A DNA stretch of 56,219 nt from Catajapyx aquilonaris (taxonomy: Eukaryota): assembly GCA_000934665.2 (NCBI GenBank), contig JYFJ02004050.1, positions 1 through 56,219 of the forward strand, given 5' to 3'. This document shows, piece after piece, positions 22,901-36,660 of this stretch. Both the position numbers and the translations under genes were made by a program. Under the pieces are notes generated by a model that saw nothing but the letters and a program-made list of their open reading frames with translations, was not told the origin of the DNA and made no database searches. The stretch's first letter is position 1, and each line of letters opens with the position of its first letter.

Positions 22901-23912
22901 TGTACGTACTGTCACATTCTTGTATATACTAAGTGTACATTCCATTACATACATGTACACACTAACAAGTGTAATATGTTCTATTACATACATGTATGCA
23001 ATGAGTAAATGTATGTACATAGTGTATGAACTGTTACATGTACATACTACGTGTACATAATGTTACATACATGTATGTACTGTTACATGTGTGTACTAAG
23101 TGTACGTACTGTTACATGTACATACTAACAAGTGTACATAATGTTGCATACATGTACTAACAAGTGTACGTACTATTACATGTGTGTACTAAGTGTACGT
23201 ACTGTTACATGTACATACTAACAAGTGTACATAATGTTGCATACATGTACTAACAAGTGTGCGTTCTATTACATACATGTAGGCAATGAGTAAATGTACG
23301 TACTGTTGTATGTACCAAGAGCTGTACGTACTGTTGTATGTACCAAGAGCTGTATGTACTGTTACATGCTGTACATACCAAGTGTATACATACTGTTACA
23401 CACTTGTACAGACTATTGCAAGCAGAATTGTTTGCACAACGGAACATGTCGTAGTCGTGCTGCTATAACAATATTCTTATGCTCCATACGAGGCATGGTG
23501 ATCTAGCGGTTACGCCGCTGGCCAGCCAGGCCGGGGTTCAAATCCCGTCCCCGTCACCTCTGCTTGGCCGGGTCTTTTCCCGCTTTTCACCCGACATGCC
23601 GGGGAAGAGTTGAACTCCCTACTCCGCCCAGGGCCAAGAGAAAAGGTCTGGTATTTAAAAGAGGGTCTGCAATGACCGGAAACTCCCCTTCCCCTACGCC
23701 CGTGGGCCAGGGCGTGCGATGACAACATAGTGTGTATGTAATAAATTGCAAACAAATAAAGGTCCGTGCGATACCGATAAAGGTCAGTAGTACCCAATTA
23801 TTCTCATGTTCCATACGTGCGTGTCATATGACTTGATGCAACATGACCTTATGACCCCCCTTAGTGTGCGCCTCCTCCTCACCTCCCCTTCCTCTTCCGC
23901 CCGCTCCTCCAT
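19918..23912 (-). CDS. TBC1D15: TBC1 domain Rab GTPase-activating protein, TBC1D15/17 orthologue, about 664-676 aa; exons 23912-23883, 22660-22565, 22506-22344 (or 22380), 21925 (or 21922)-21533, 21481-21216, 21160-20962, 20906-20689, 20633-20319, 20268-19918
   Basis: N-terminus MEERAEEEGE|LVFEQGGV resembles TBC1D15/17 (IIYEQEGV/VVFEKGGV). TBC motifs: LRKDVWKFLLG, IDKDVSRTDR (Arg finger), YVQGMSDL (Gln finger), FCFRWLLVHFKREF. All intron phases are compatible. Confidence 0.93.
22730..23410. repeat. Degenerate AT-rich minisatellite (TGTACATAC/TACTGTTACA units) in TBC1D15 intron 1
   Basis: Recurrent AAGTGTACGTACTGTTACATG motifs. Confidence 0.9.
23491..23770 (+). mobile_element. tRNA-derived SINE in TBC1D15 intron 1 (antisense to the gene)
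   Basis: A-box-like GGTGATCTAGCGGT about 23497-23510; B-box GGTTCAAATCC 23535-23545; non-tRNA body; 3' module shared with the SINE at 48722-49006. Confidence 0.7.
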
Positions 23913-24290
23913 CCTCCTGCCTGGGGGTGCTGCTGGCCCCGGGGCGAAATCAAAAGGCTGTGCAGTCGTCACGAGAGAGGAAGTCGGTCATCTGATTCCG
24001 AGCAAAAGCCAAGAGGAGAAAATAGTTTCTCTGGCGAAAAGATCACTGCAGCTGGCAACTCAGGCACAACAACAACTGCGACTTATCTTCAGGACCGGTT
24101 CTTACCAGGGGGGCGTAATTACAATTGATTGCGCGGCTGTCATTACGTACGGCGGAGGTAATTTCGGGTGGGCGTTAATGAGGCGTCCAACTTGCGCAGC
24201 TGGTAACACTGTGGGGTCCCAAAGTGGGCGGCCATCTTGAATCAGCAGGGCGCCATCTTGGATCCGGCTATGTGGGCAGCCATCTTGAAT
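23913..24290 (-). promoter_or_regulatory. Putative TATA-less promoter and 5' UTR of TBC1D15
   Basis: GC-rich 5' UTR; ETS-like GGAAGT about 23979-23984; three YY1/Pho-like GCCATCTTG motifs at 24231, 24252 and 24279. Confidence 0.45.
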
Positions 24291-25759
24291 CCGGATATTG
24301 GGTGAGTTCAACCGAGTTCAACGAATGGCCAAGAGATGGCAGATGCGCCGCTATATAATGGACGGCCATATTGTGTCCCAGCTTCAAACACCACTCCATA
24401 GATGGCAGGAGTATTCGCAATGGCTGTAATAAGAGCGCGGGGAATTCAAACGTCATACAAACTTGTTAATTGCACTAATTTCGCATTGATCATGCAGGGG
24501 GGATTACGCAATGTGCGGCGTAACGGCAGATGCACCGGAAGGGTCGTTACGTAACCGGGCCGGGTTTTCTGCAGCGCAGTTTGACATATCGGATGAATCC
24601 GCGCGGATGACAGCGAGTGGTTTTCCGCGAACTGTAGCTACTGCAGGGGATTGGTTCCGGGAAAAGGGGGGTGCATCCTTCATCTGGGGATTTAGGTGGG
24701 AAAGGATGCTGTGTGTTCTCTCTGTGCACCGGTGCTAGCAAAAGAATGTGGCGCGGAGTAAATTCTGGGTATAGCAAGACCACCCGGCCAAGAAAGAAAA
24801 ACCTGGTATTTTTCGACAAAGAAATCAAAAGCACAAAGGGCAAACCGGTCACGGTACCCCATTTACGGTACAAGAGGGTCCTTTTCTATAACATACATCA
24901 CCCTCAGGCAGCCTAAGAAACAAGCCGAGGGGAAAAAAATAACATTCTACCGAATTTAACCTTCTCATCCTGCAAACCCCAAGAAACAAGGAGAAAAATC
25001 ACGGGAAACAGCTTAAATTCCGGGGAATTCGTCCGTAATCATCCGGGGAAATGCGGGCATGTCCTGGAAAACTGAAATTATATCGCATGGAAAAATCATG
25101 TGCAATTCTCGCCCCGAGTTGGCATGCCACACCAGAGTGGAAATTAATTTTAAAAATAGCTTGAAATTTTAATCAACTTCCTCCCCGTCCATATACACTA
25201 AAACTACGCCTTTCTCCGGCGAAGCCTCGCCCGCCTAGAAAATCGTTAAATTCATTAATTATTTCCATCATTCCCGGGGCCATNGGGGGGGGGCGCACAA
25301 AAAAGGAGCGGGGTTGCCATAGCGCACTGGGAGTGTGGAGAAAGCGCGTTGTTCGTCTCACTAAATGACAACAGTGCTTCGGGTCAAGACAGGCAGATGT
25401 GAAGCAAAAAGCGGCTGAGGCGGGGGTGGATTACGAGGGGGGAAAAGAGAGGGGGGTTTGAAATAATCAGCAACCAACACCCGACTGAAAACAGCGCTTG
25501 GGTTGTGTGTGTGTATGCAGACAGGAATGGCAGCCTGATGATCTCATTGAAGGGAGGAACGGACCAATAAATCTGGCAACCGTCCCCCCCAGGGTATAAT
25601 GCGAGACAAGGGCGCAGACCTTGGGTTTTCTGGCCACTGGCCTACAAACCGGAAACCCCCTCCTCCTCCCCCATCCCGTCGTCTCATCCTCAACCAATCC
25701 CCCAGTCTCTCAGTCAGCCTCTTTACACGTTCAAAACTTAGCGGGCTTTTTAATTTGAC

Positions 25760-26250
25760 AGTGTAGCCAACATGAGTCAGATTGGCACCCCTGCTGCCAG
25801 TGTAGCCAAAACTCACATTGGCACCCTTGTTATCAGTGTAGCCAATACTCCCATCGTATTGGCACCCCCGCTGCCAGTGTAGCCAACACTAACATTGGCA
25901 CCCTTGTTATCAGTGTAGCCAATACTCCCATCGTATTGGCACCCCTGCTGCCAGTGTAGCCAACACTCACATTGGCACCCTTGTTATCAGTGTAGCCAAT
26001 ACTCCCATCGTATTGGCACCCCCGCTGCCAGTGTAGCCAACACTCACATTGGCACCCTTGTTACCATCGTATTGGCACCCCTGCTGCCAGTGTAGCCAAC
26101 ATCCACATTGGCAGTGTGGCCAACACTCACATAGTGTATTATTGGCACCTCTGCAGTCAGGGTAGCCAACACTCACATCATATTGGCACCACTGCGGTTA
26201 GTGTAGCCAACGCTCATCACATTGGCATCCCTGACGACAGGGCTGCCAAC
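25760..26250. repeat. Minisatellite of alternating units of about 35-40 bp
   Basis: ATTGGCACCC(CTGCTGC/TTGTTAT)CAGTGTAGCCAA repeated about 12 times. Confidence 0.92.
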
Positions 26251-26769
26251 ACCCTGCCTCGATCCTCCAAGGTCTCGATAAAGAGATGACAAATTTGTGA
26301 AGTAAGAGGGCTGTCAACTATACCCCTCACTTCAGATAGACAGTCGTGGCATCCGCACAAAATTCGATCGGCTGGTGGCACATGATGACATAATTATGTC
26401 AATATGACCTCTAGAAGTAAGAGGGCCTTCAACTATAGCTCATATACTGCAGAATGTGGGTCACTGGGATTACCTCTACCCCCCCTGCAGTCTGTGGTTC
26501 ACATTGATTTGAATGAGTCATATGTCACCCCCCACCCACCCCATCCAGGTTTCTATAAATAAGGGGGAGTGGGGGGGTGTGCTATTATTTTCCAGTCACG
26601 TGACTCCCGTGACACGCAATGACCCCCGACAACAATTGGGTCGATTTCCTCTGCCCTCGGGAGTCTAGTCGAAAGGGGGTTATGTCTATGGTTGCAGCAC
26701 CATGCTAATGGACGTACCATCACCCGTTGGCAACACTGGCCCCTCAACAATGCCACCATTTTTGCCCAA

Positions 26770-27620
26770 GCTTCTGAAGCTCACTACGCGGGGAAAAGAA
26801 GCGGCTGTGTCTAACGGGCCACACAGCAGCTTCTTTTCGCAAGCAAGCTTTTGAAGCTCATTCGGCAAATAAGCTTTTAAAGCTTCATTTGGGGGTGAAA
26901 AAAAAAAGAAGTGGCTGTATGTATGAAATGTTCCATTCGCAGAGCCACTTCGTTTCCAATGAAGCAATGTAATCTGCTGGGCAATGAGCTTTAAAAGCTT
27001 CAATGAGGAAACGAAGTGGCTGTGTGAACGGAACGTAAAACCTCATTCGCACAGCCACTTCTTTCTACAAACAAGCTTCAGAAACTTATTAAGCAGAAGA
27101 ATAAGCTTTTCAAGCTTCATTTTTAAAAAATTGAAGTGTTAGAAGCTACTGAACAATAAGCATTTGAAGCTTCGTTGAGGAAAAGAAGCGGCTGTGTGAT
27201 TAGTGTGGTGAATGGAACGTAAGAGCTCATTCACACAACCGGTTCTTTTCTAATGTGCTGGGCAATAAGCTTTAAAAGCGTCACTAGAAGAACGCTCTCT
27301 TTTTTTCTAGGCCTGCGGCCTGAGGTGGCTGTCTGAACGGAACGTAAAACCTCATTCGCACAACCACTTCTTTTCCAATGAATCTTTAGAAGCTTCTGGG
27401 CAATATGCTTTAAAAGCTTCACTAGAAGAACGCTAGTTACGCTAGCTTTTTTTTCTAGGCCTGCGATCTGCGGTGGCTATGTGAAAGGAACGTAAAACCT
27501 CATTCGCACAACCCCTTCTTTTCTAATGAAGCTTTAGAAGCTGATTTGCCAGTTTCACCACAATATCAAGCTTCCTTTGTGGAGGGCAAAAAAAAAGGAT
27601 GGTTGTGCGTGAATGGGAGG
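26770..27620. repeat. Degenerate AAGCTT-rich tandem repeat with internal hairpins
   Basis: GTGGCTGT..GAACGGAACGTAAAACCTCATTCGCACA(A/G)CC recurs about 5-6 times. Confidence 0.8.
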
Positions 27621-28119
27621 TTACAAGTTTTTGACTGCGGGTGTTTTTCTCAATGGGGGTTTCTTAGCGATCTCTCGAGAGGGGAGTGTGGGAGGCTGCT
27701 GTATATTTTTTTTGCGGAGTGTGGTTGTGTGATGGCCTTGGATTGGTCCTTGAGCTCACTGACCCCCCTGGACACGAGTCATTTCCCAGCCACGGTTTAG
27801 GGCCCGTTTAATTACTTGGAAACCCGGAGTAGATAGGCCCAGAGATAAGGCCCAATAGACACACTTGGCGGGGGGGTGGGGGGGTGGCCGGGGATTTATT
27901 TGCACTAGTTGCTGGGGGTAGGTCAGGCAAAGCATGGTGTTTGACCTCTTGACACCATATCGACTGGGCGTTAATCGGGCCTGAAAATTGATGGCTTATA
28001 AATACTAGCGGGAGGGTCAAAGTTCATCGCTTCAACCATCCGGATCATCACTTTTCCTATATATATTTTTTTGAAAAATGGCAACGCCGCTTGCTAACTA
28101 TAACACTGTTCTAACAAGC

Positions 28120-28720
28120 GGCGGGTTTCTCCAACATTTAACTGCCGGTTACAAGCTAACAGTAGTTTAATCTCCGGTTTTGTCTTCACATTGTGAACAC
28201 ACGTAATCAACGCCGCTCACTGTAACCATTTTAACTGGCAGTTACGAGCTAACCGCAGTTTAAGATTATGGCCTGTTGCATCAAGCCAAATTAAGCAAAA
28301 TCTCCAGTTATGTCTGCACATCGTTAACATACATAATCGGACATTTTCTCATAACTTTATATAAACCGGCCGATATTAACGGCCGGTTAAAAGGTTGGCG
28401 ACTGATGAGTTATATATGTAACTGTTGGTTATGATATGAATGTTGGTGAAATCGAATTGGTGAGTTGCAATGTACATAGAGGATTGACGTTTCTCCAACA
28501 TTTAACTGACGGTTACGATGAGCTAACCGCAGTTTAATTTCCAATATTATGTCTTCACATTACGAGCACACATAATCTGATATTTTCCTTAATTTGATAT
28601 AACCATGTTAACGGCCGGTTAAAAGGTTGGAAATACCCCTGCAGCGACTGTGGCGTTATGTAACTGCAGGTTATGAATGTTCGGGAAGTCGAATACTGTA
28701 AATTGAAGAGTTGCAATGTA
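28120..28720. repeat. Diverged direct duplication
   Basis: TTTCTCCAACATTTAACTG at about 28126 and 28490; TTAACGGCCGGTTAAAAGGTTGG at about 28376 and 28608. Confidence 0.75.
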
Positions 28721-29964
28721 CAGATTGTGTGTGGTCCCCACCGCCCTGAGCATCCACGTGCCACCGACAGGCTTGGAAATAACAAGCCCCTGTGCCTCGA
28801 TCGATCCAGTAGGTTTAATACAGGGTGACCCATCATGTCCGTTACAACTCGTACTACAAAACATATAGCTATAATTTTCGCAAAATGTATTTATCCTGAA
28901 CTTGCGTGCAAACCGCGCTTCTCTCCTGGCCTGTGTGTTGCTAGGCCCACAGGATGAATCCGCCAATTCGCATGTAATTCTCTGGCGGAGATTTCCAGCA
29001 GCCTACGGATCAGTTCCGCGAAATACGATTCCCGCAATTTTATGCATACAACTATCGCTACCTAGAAACAGTACTGAAGGCGATCGTTGTTGAATGATTG
29101 CTGCAGTGATTGGTTTTTTTGCAGATAGGGCGTTTCTCCTTGGGATAGACAGTCACAAGTGGCACGACCATTTTTAACTTTTGTTATGCAGCCACTGTAA
29201 TGTAGATACTGTAGGGCTGGGCAACGAACCTCTCTTTTGCTTTCCCCCGCCAGCATAACCCCTCCCCCGCCATCACTTTCCCCGGTAATGTAATCCGGGC
29301 TGCTTGGGGGGGAGGAAAGACCCGGGGTTGGTTGGGTGACGCCCGGATAGATGGCGCGAAGATCACTGCGGCAATGGCGCTGGAGGCGTGGCCTGGAGAG
29401 GACCAATGGGGAGCCTCAGTTATCCGGGGGTCTGCGACAAACGCGCGCCGTTGCCAGTGAGTGCACGTTGTCCTAGGCCATGGATCCCAGCCTGGCCCGA
29501 CGCCGACGCTGCCGACGCCCCCGACGCGCCCCTTTTTGGACTCGCCCCGTCCCCGCCCCGGCCACTGCCGTTGCCTGCCCCCCACCCTCCCATTGCAGGG
29601 GGTCGCTGGACCCTCCATCCTCGACCCCGCCGAGAGATCTTTGTCCCAGATTCTCCAGACGAGTTGATTTTGATTCCATCGCCCCCTGGAGGGGAGTGGG
29701 AGGGAGGGAGGGAGGGAAAGGGTTGTATGGAAATGTTATGCTCCGGTACCTGTACATGGATATGATGTATTTCCAACACTATTACCCATAGTCGAGGGCC
29801 TGATGAGACCCCTAATATATTATGCTCGGTCGGGGCCAAAAGCGGGAAATGTCGCTATTCCGTATTTCCAACACTTGATATGATTGTTGTTCTTCCGTAT
29901 TTCCAACACTGGATATGTTCTCTCCGTATTCGTCCGCCTTTTCTCGGGATCCCCCATTAAATCA

Positions 29965-30840
29965 ACAGAACCTAACCTAACATTTAACTGATGGTTAACT
30001 GCTAACTAGTTTAAGTGTTCATGAGGCACTTTATATGCAATCGGTTAAACAGTCGGTTAACTACCTAACCAAACCTAACTAACTGATGGTTAATTGCTAA
30101 CTGTAGTGTAGTTTAAGTGTTCATGAGGAACTTTACATGCATTCGGTTAAACAGTCGGTTAACTACCTAACCCAACCTAACTAACTGATGGTTAACTGCT
30201 AACTGTTGTTTAAGTGTTCATGAGGCACTTTATATGCATTCGGTTAAACAGTCGGTTAACTACCTAACCTAACATTTAACTGATGGTTAATTGCTAACTG
30301 TAGTTTAAGTGTTCATGAGGCACTTTATATGCATTCGGTTAAACAGTCGGTTAACTACCTAACCTAACATTTAACTGATGGTTAATTGCTAACAGTAGTT
30401 TAAGTGTTCATGAGGCACTTTATATGCATTCGGTTAAACAGTCGGTTAACTACCTAACCTAACGTAACATTAGCTGTCGGTTAATGACTAAATTTTTAAC
30501 TGTTTGATGCGACACTTTTACACAGTAGGTTAAACAATTGGTTAAATAGTCTGTGAAACACCCAAAATTACGTACCTTATCTTACCTAACCTTTTGACGG
30601 TTAATTGCTAACTGTAGTTTAACTTTGTATACAGTCGGTTAAACAGTTGGTTAAAAGTCTGTGACACACCCAGGATTAACTACCTAGCCTACCCAAACAT
30701 TCACATGACGGTTAAGTAGCTAACTGTAGTTTAAGTGCTAATGAGGCAATTCTTAATACACGGTATATAGTAGGTTAAACAGTCGGCTAAATGATCTGAG
30801 AAACACCGAGGATTAACTACCTAACCTAGCCTAACCTTCA
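29965..30840. repeat. About 95-bp tandem satellite (5 good copies plus degenerate ones)
   Basis: AACTGATGGTTAATTGCTAACTGTAGTTTAAGTGTTCATGAGGCACTTTATATGCATTCGGTTAAACAGTCGGTTAACTACCTAACC. Confidence 0.93.
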
Positions 30841-31489
30841 TAAATCTGACAGATAGCAGCCTTGACAATAATTAAGAAGCAACTCCCATGACAGCCATAC
30901 CCCGTCCCACCTAGCTAATATTTCATGGGGGACACGCACCGCACGCACAAGAGGGCAGTGGGTCAACGAGCCAAATATAGCGGCTACAAATAGCAGCTTA
31001 TCCCACTCCTCTTTCAACAACAGCTGTATAATGATAATAATATGTAGTGCAAAGCAATATAAGGCAAAGGCAAGGCCTTGGGTCTTTGTCCTTTTGGATT
31101 TTGCTCCACACCCCCCACCCTGCAATGCTGTCTCTCTAGCCTTGGAGGGGATGGGGAATTCGTGTGTTGAGGGAGGGAGGAGGTGCGGGGAGAGACGGGG
31201 AAGTTAGTTGGAAGCTGCGCCGTCGCAATAGCACACCTGGACCTCCGACATAGGCTATCGAATTCCGAAAGACTATGGAGGCAGCGCGCTCTCTCTCTCT
31301 CTCTACTAGCTCGTGGGGGTGGGTGAGGGAGGAAGAACCTTGGAAAAGGGGTCTATGGCCTCTCTTTGCCTATATACTATGCGCTCTAGCTGCGATCGCT
31401 GCATCGGAGCAGATATAGCCCATCACAACGCTGCCAACTTACACACTTCCTGTGTACGATCTGGATGTACGAGATTGTCGACTTGGCAA

Positions 31490-31930
31490 CACTGCCTGAA
31501 CGTAGTACGGTATCACTCGCATAGATGGCGCATCTGCGCAATGATGCCACTCTCAGGGTCAAATATTGACAACACTGCCTAAACGTAGTACCGTACGCCT
31601 CACATAAATTGCGAACAAGCCTGAACGTACCAAGTAGTACCCTCACATAGATGGCTCTGAACGTAGTACTGTACGCCTCACATCGATGGCGAACAAGACT
31701 GAACGTATAGTATCGTATCCCTCACAGATGGAACGCAAGGTTCTGAACGTAGTACCGTGTGTCTCACGTAGATGTAGAACAAGACTGACCGTAGTACCGT
31801 ATCCTTCACATGGATGGCACACATGCGCACTACTGCCACTACCGTGTCCTTCACATAGATGGCGCTCACAGCTGTGAAAGTAGTACTGTATGCCTCACAT
31901 AGATGGCGCACTACCGCCACTCTCAGGGTC
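31490..31930. repeat. Degenerate minisatellite of about 40 bp
   Basis: GAACGTAGTACCGTA..CCTCACATAGATGGC repeated about 9 times. Confidence 0.8.
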
Positions 31931-32519
31931 GTGCGGTGGCACTACATGGACAGAGGCACAGATTCGTACGTCAGTATAACGTCACTCAACCGAGGCATCG
32001 TTGGCTGGGTATAGCACGATGAATCCACCCGTTGGGGACAAAAGGAGAGGATGACCTTCTGGGAGGCTGAGGCCCTTGACCAGCAGCGCGTGGACAGAAG
32101 GTCACCTCCCTATACACCAACAACCAGGGGCATCACCTGCTTGTTTCATTCCCACCCTTTGTTTTGTACGGTGACATCTGGCTAGGTTCTCAGGGTCACC
32201 CTTGAGTGTGGGTCAGTACCACTGTGACCTCCGGAGGAGGTCACGTCTGACCAGAAGCAGATTTTCGGTGGGAGGGCATGAGAAACAAAGGAGCGGACAG
32301 GTGCTCCAGAGCCACGTGCCTGCCTAGCAGGTGCAATAGCTGCCCAAAAAAAAATCTTTTTTTCGCCCCACATTGGCTACCCTGCAGCTGCTGCTGCATG
32401 ATGCTGTTGCCCCCGAAAAGTCACGCTCATAACAAAAATCCGAGAGATTTTTACTGTAGGGCCAAGTTGCATCACTGCATCTTAAAATCTCAATTTCCTT
32501 TTCAAACTCTCCCCAAATC

Positions 32520-33360
32520 AGGATCTGCAAAATCTCAGGTTGAGAAACATTTCAAATGATGTAAAATCTCTGATTATAAACTACATCTAGGATTAATAAA
32601 ATCTCTGGATTAAGTAAAACCCATGGTTAAGTAAAATCTCTTATTAATAAAACTGGGATTTTACTTCATCATGGGTTTTACACTTAATCCTAGATTTATT
32701 TAATCCGATATATTTACTCATCGGAGATTTTACTTAACCATGGGTTTTACTTAATCAGAGATTAATCCGATTGAATCTTGGGGTAAATGTAAAACCCACG
32801 ATGGGGTAAAATCCCATAAGTAAAATCCCACATTAAATAAAGCCTCGGATTAAATAAATCTAGGACGAAATTAATCTCTGGTTAAGTAAACTCTCTGATT
32901 TAAAAAAAAGGGATTTTACTTCATCGTGGGTTTTACACTTAATCCTAGATTTACTTAATCAGATATTTTTACTCGTCGGGGGATTTTACTTAACCATGGG
33001 TTTTACTTATCAAAGATTAATCCGATTAAATCTCGGGTTTAGTGTAAAACCCATGATGGAGTAAAATCCCACATTAAATAAAATCTCGGATTATATAAAT
33101 CTAGGATGAAATTAATCTCCGATTAAGTAAAACTCACGGTTAAGTAAGCTCTCGGATTAATAAAAACCTTGTATTAAATAAATCTCGGATTAAGTGCAAA
33201 CCCCACGATTGGGTAAAATCCCTGATTAGATAAAATCGCGGATTAAATTAATCTCCAATAAAGTAAAACCCACGATGAAGCAAAATCTAGGATTAAGTAA
33301 AACCACTGATTAGGTAAAATCTCTGATTAAGGAAAATCTTGGGTTAAATAAACCTCGGTT
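32520..33360. repeat. AT-rich patchwork of direct and inverted units of about 17-19 bp
   Basis: GATTAAGTAAAATCTC / GGATTTTACTTAA motifs occur in alternating orientation. Confidence 0.8.
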
Positions 33361-35889
33361 TCTGCAAAGTACCGTTAATTTTTTTTAAACCCTCGGATTC
33401 TTCATGAACTGGATTCTGAAAATAGTATCTCCATTTATACAGATACTGAATTATTAAAAGAATAATATGACATTTTTAACATGTCAGATCTGGTGCATCG
33501 TCACCGAATCTAGGCCAGGGTTTATGCCTGGTTAAATATACATCCGGGAACCGTCTTCTAACGCGTGGTTTAATTGGACATTAATTACAACTCTGTGGTC
33601 CAAGGACTCGGCAACCTTACAAACTTTTTTCCAGAAGGTGGGGGCCAATGCTATACAGTATAACTACTGGAGTCCTCCACTCGGGTGTGATGTTAGTTTA
33701 AAAATAAAATTGTATATTTTTAGCTGACAGACCTAATTAAAATATTAATTGCATGTTGATATACCTGTCACTTGTCAGTTTGGCAACGATTGGCTGGTTT
33801 TGATCATGTGACCAACATGCAGCTGTTATTTTCAGCCAGTTACTATTAACAGTTAGATCCGGACTAATACAATATTGGCAACCCAGGCGAGCGTGATTCG
33901 AGTAGACTTTTTCTCATTGGGCAGAGGGAAATGAGACTGCCAAACCCGATGCGATGCGACTCTAACAATCTAACAGTGACAGTGATTGTTGTCAGTCTCA
34001 TTTCCCGTTACCAATAAGGAACCCCCAATAAATATGACATTGGCGGATAGAGTGAACCCGGAAAACCGGAAGTGGACGTCACCGGAAGTTGACCGTGGAG
34101 GCGTTTGCCCACGCTGAATCCGAATCCGAAAACAGTTTGTCGCTATCTCATGCGATTTGGGCTCTGATACTTGTCCACAGACAGACGGACAGAGCTGCTC
34201 TATATAAGACTTTTTTTCGATTAGAAAAGGTGTACTACAAACGTAATATCAAATTGGGATATATTGGTGTGTCTGTACACGTATCCGGTCATTATATCGG
34301 AGCGAAAATTAACCAAAATGACAGGTGTCAGGTTAACTTTGTTTCCACATATACATACAAGCTGCCTTTTTTTTTTGTTTATCATCCCTCCCCGATTAGT
34401 CACCGGATCCTCCGGGGGGGCCACGCCCCTCCAACTGTCATTGACCTGTGTACATCACCCCTCTGCACCCATGATAATCAATGTCCGCTCGTGTCCAGGT
34501 GGGAATCAGTTTTCCACCAAAATGTTTTCGTGATGTCGGGAAAAAAAAAGTTTGACCAGGTGGAGGGTAGCCAGCTGCATAGCGCTGGACCATGTCCCTC
34601 CCACCTTCCCAAAAAAGTAATAATGGAGGGCGGTGTCCAACACCTGTTTTGGGAGACGTCATGTGGGTCACAGATGCAGGCGAGCATGTTGTCTTGAGGA
34701 GAGCACGTGGATCACGCGAGAATCACCAGGCTACGAGGTCAAGAAACCACATCGGCGCATGCGTAAGAAACACGCCTCCTGTGCGCATGCGCAAGACACC
34801 AGCGATGCGCACTGGACTTCTCAGTGAAATGCGCATGCGCGAGTACAGAAATCAGCAGTGCTGCCAACTGACGCCATATATACGTCCCAAGTTTCAGCAC
34901 TCCAGAAGTGGGTTAGGTAACAGTGATATACATACCGACAAACTCTCAGCTTTATATATATGTAAGACTAGCAGGATAGCCTAGTTTCATCCTCTCAGTA
35001 GCCAGCAAGTGGTTGGGTACATACCAACAAACTTTGCGCTTCATATAATATCATTAATTCATTGTGAGATATCTTCCAGCATGATCCGGATAGAGAGTGC
35101 ACATGTGCAGGCTGTGCTCTGTGTAACATCCTGTTCCGTTTATAACGCGCGGGTATCCGTTTTCATTGTGCGGTTATAGACGGCAGGTGACCGGAAGTGT
35201 CTGGTAAACACACACGCTAACCCAGTAATCCAATGTACACACACGGGGAACTGTCTCGTTGAATGTCTCGTGCCATGGCTGAGATTCATGGTCGCGTCTT
35301 TTCTTCGGTGTTGCCCAACACTGAGGGTCTTAATCCGTCAACAATTTCACGCCGACTTCTCTCCCTCCTAGTACCCCCAAGTCTGGGTTGGGTTCTCTTT
35401 ATGTCCACGGGGCCCGGTTTGCTTATAAGCCTATAACGGTTATCAACCGACCCCAGGTGGGGTCCGTTGGGGTAGCTACACTAGTAGCACGGGTCTTTGG
35501 AGCAGGGACCTTTTTCCTCGAGCTGGGTCTGCTGCTTTTATCGGTTTCTTTTCTCCTAAGAATCCTCATCCAGCAGATGGGGACGACGTTTTGAATGCTT
35601 CTTGTCCCGTGCTAGGAACCCACCATTTTTTCGGCTGGAGTTTTCCTTCTTTTTCTCAAGAGGAGCCCTACCTCCAGCTGCCATCCCGCTTCCTTATCCT
35701 TTCTTTGCCACCTATGCACACCTCTTGGCCTTGGAAGGGCAAAGGCCTTACAGCTGTTGGGGGGGTTTCACACGTGACCTTGCATCCGTCCGAATTCATC
35801 CTGGGAGTCAGGCAACCTGCGCATCGCGTGTTGCGTGGAAATCAGGAGCTTCACTACAGCAAAATTTGCACAAAAAAAAAAACAGTGGA

Positions 35890-36153
35890 GAAAAACGTTT
35901 CTCACTGGGACTGCAGATTCAGGCGCAGCCTAATTAGTATTAGGGTAGTGGAGATAGTGGTAGTGGAGATAGGGCGTTTCTCACTGGGACGACAATGAGA
36001 TAGGACGTTCCTAATTGGGACTGCAGATTTAGACGCATCCTAATACAGTAATTAGGATGCGCCTAAATCTTCAGTCCCAATGAGAAACGTCCTAACTTCA
36101 CTGGTTTTTTAGATGGGGCGTTTCTCATTTGGACTGCACATTTATAAACGGAT

Positions 36154-36241
<88 letters not shown>

Positions 36242-36660
36242 TATGAGGTTGCGCCTAAATCTGCAGTCCGAATGAGAAACGCCCTAGCTCCACTTGTTTT
36301 TGGAGATATGGCGTTTCTCATTGGATTTGGAATTGGAGTCCCAAGGAGAAACGCCCCAGCTCCTACTTATCCTATCCTGATAATTAGGATGCGGCTAAAT
36401 CTGCAGTCCCAACGAGGAAAGTCCTATCTTCACTGGTTTTTAGATAGGGCGTTTCACATTGGGACTACAATTCCAAATCCAATGAGAAACGCCCGATCTC
36501 TCAAAACCAGTGGAGATAGGACGTTTCTCGTTGGGACTGCAGATTTAGATGCAGCCTATAATAATTAGAATGCATCTAAATCTGCAGACCCAATGAGAAA
36601 CGCCCTATCTCCACAGTTTGTTTGTTTGTTTGTTTTAGACAGGGCGTTTCTCTTTGGGAT
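35890..36660. repeat. Inverted/tandem repeat cluster containing a compound (GAT)n(GAC)n microsatellite at about 36154-36242
   Basis: TAGGGCGTTTCTCATTGGGACTGCAGATTTAG and its reverse complement recur several times. Confidence 0.88.

Noticed and set aside
23491..23560. tRNA gene (also 48935-49006)
   Set aside because: A and B boxes are present, but I could not build a full cloverleaf and both continue into a SINE-like body and tail
28981..29100. GGDFQQ resembling the Pif1/Helitron helicase GDFxQ motif
   Set aside because: Short frame bounded by stops, with no other helicase motifs nearby
29062..29839. Cluster of overlapping Pro/Gly/Arg-rich ORFs
   Set aside because: GC-rich low-complexity sequence open in many frames; no splice or domain support
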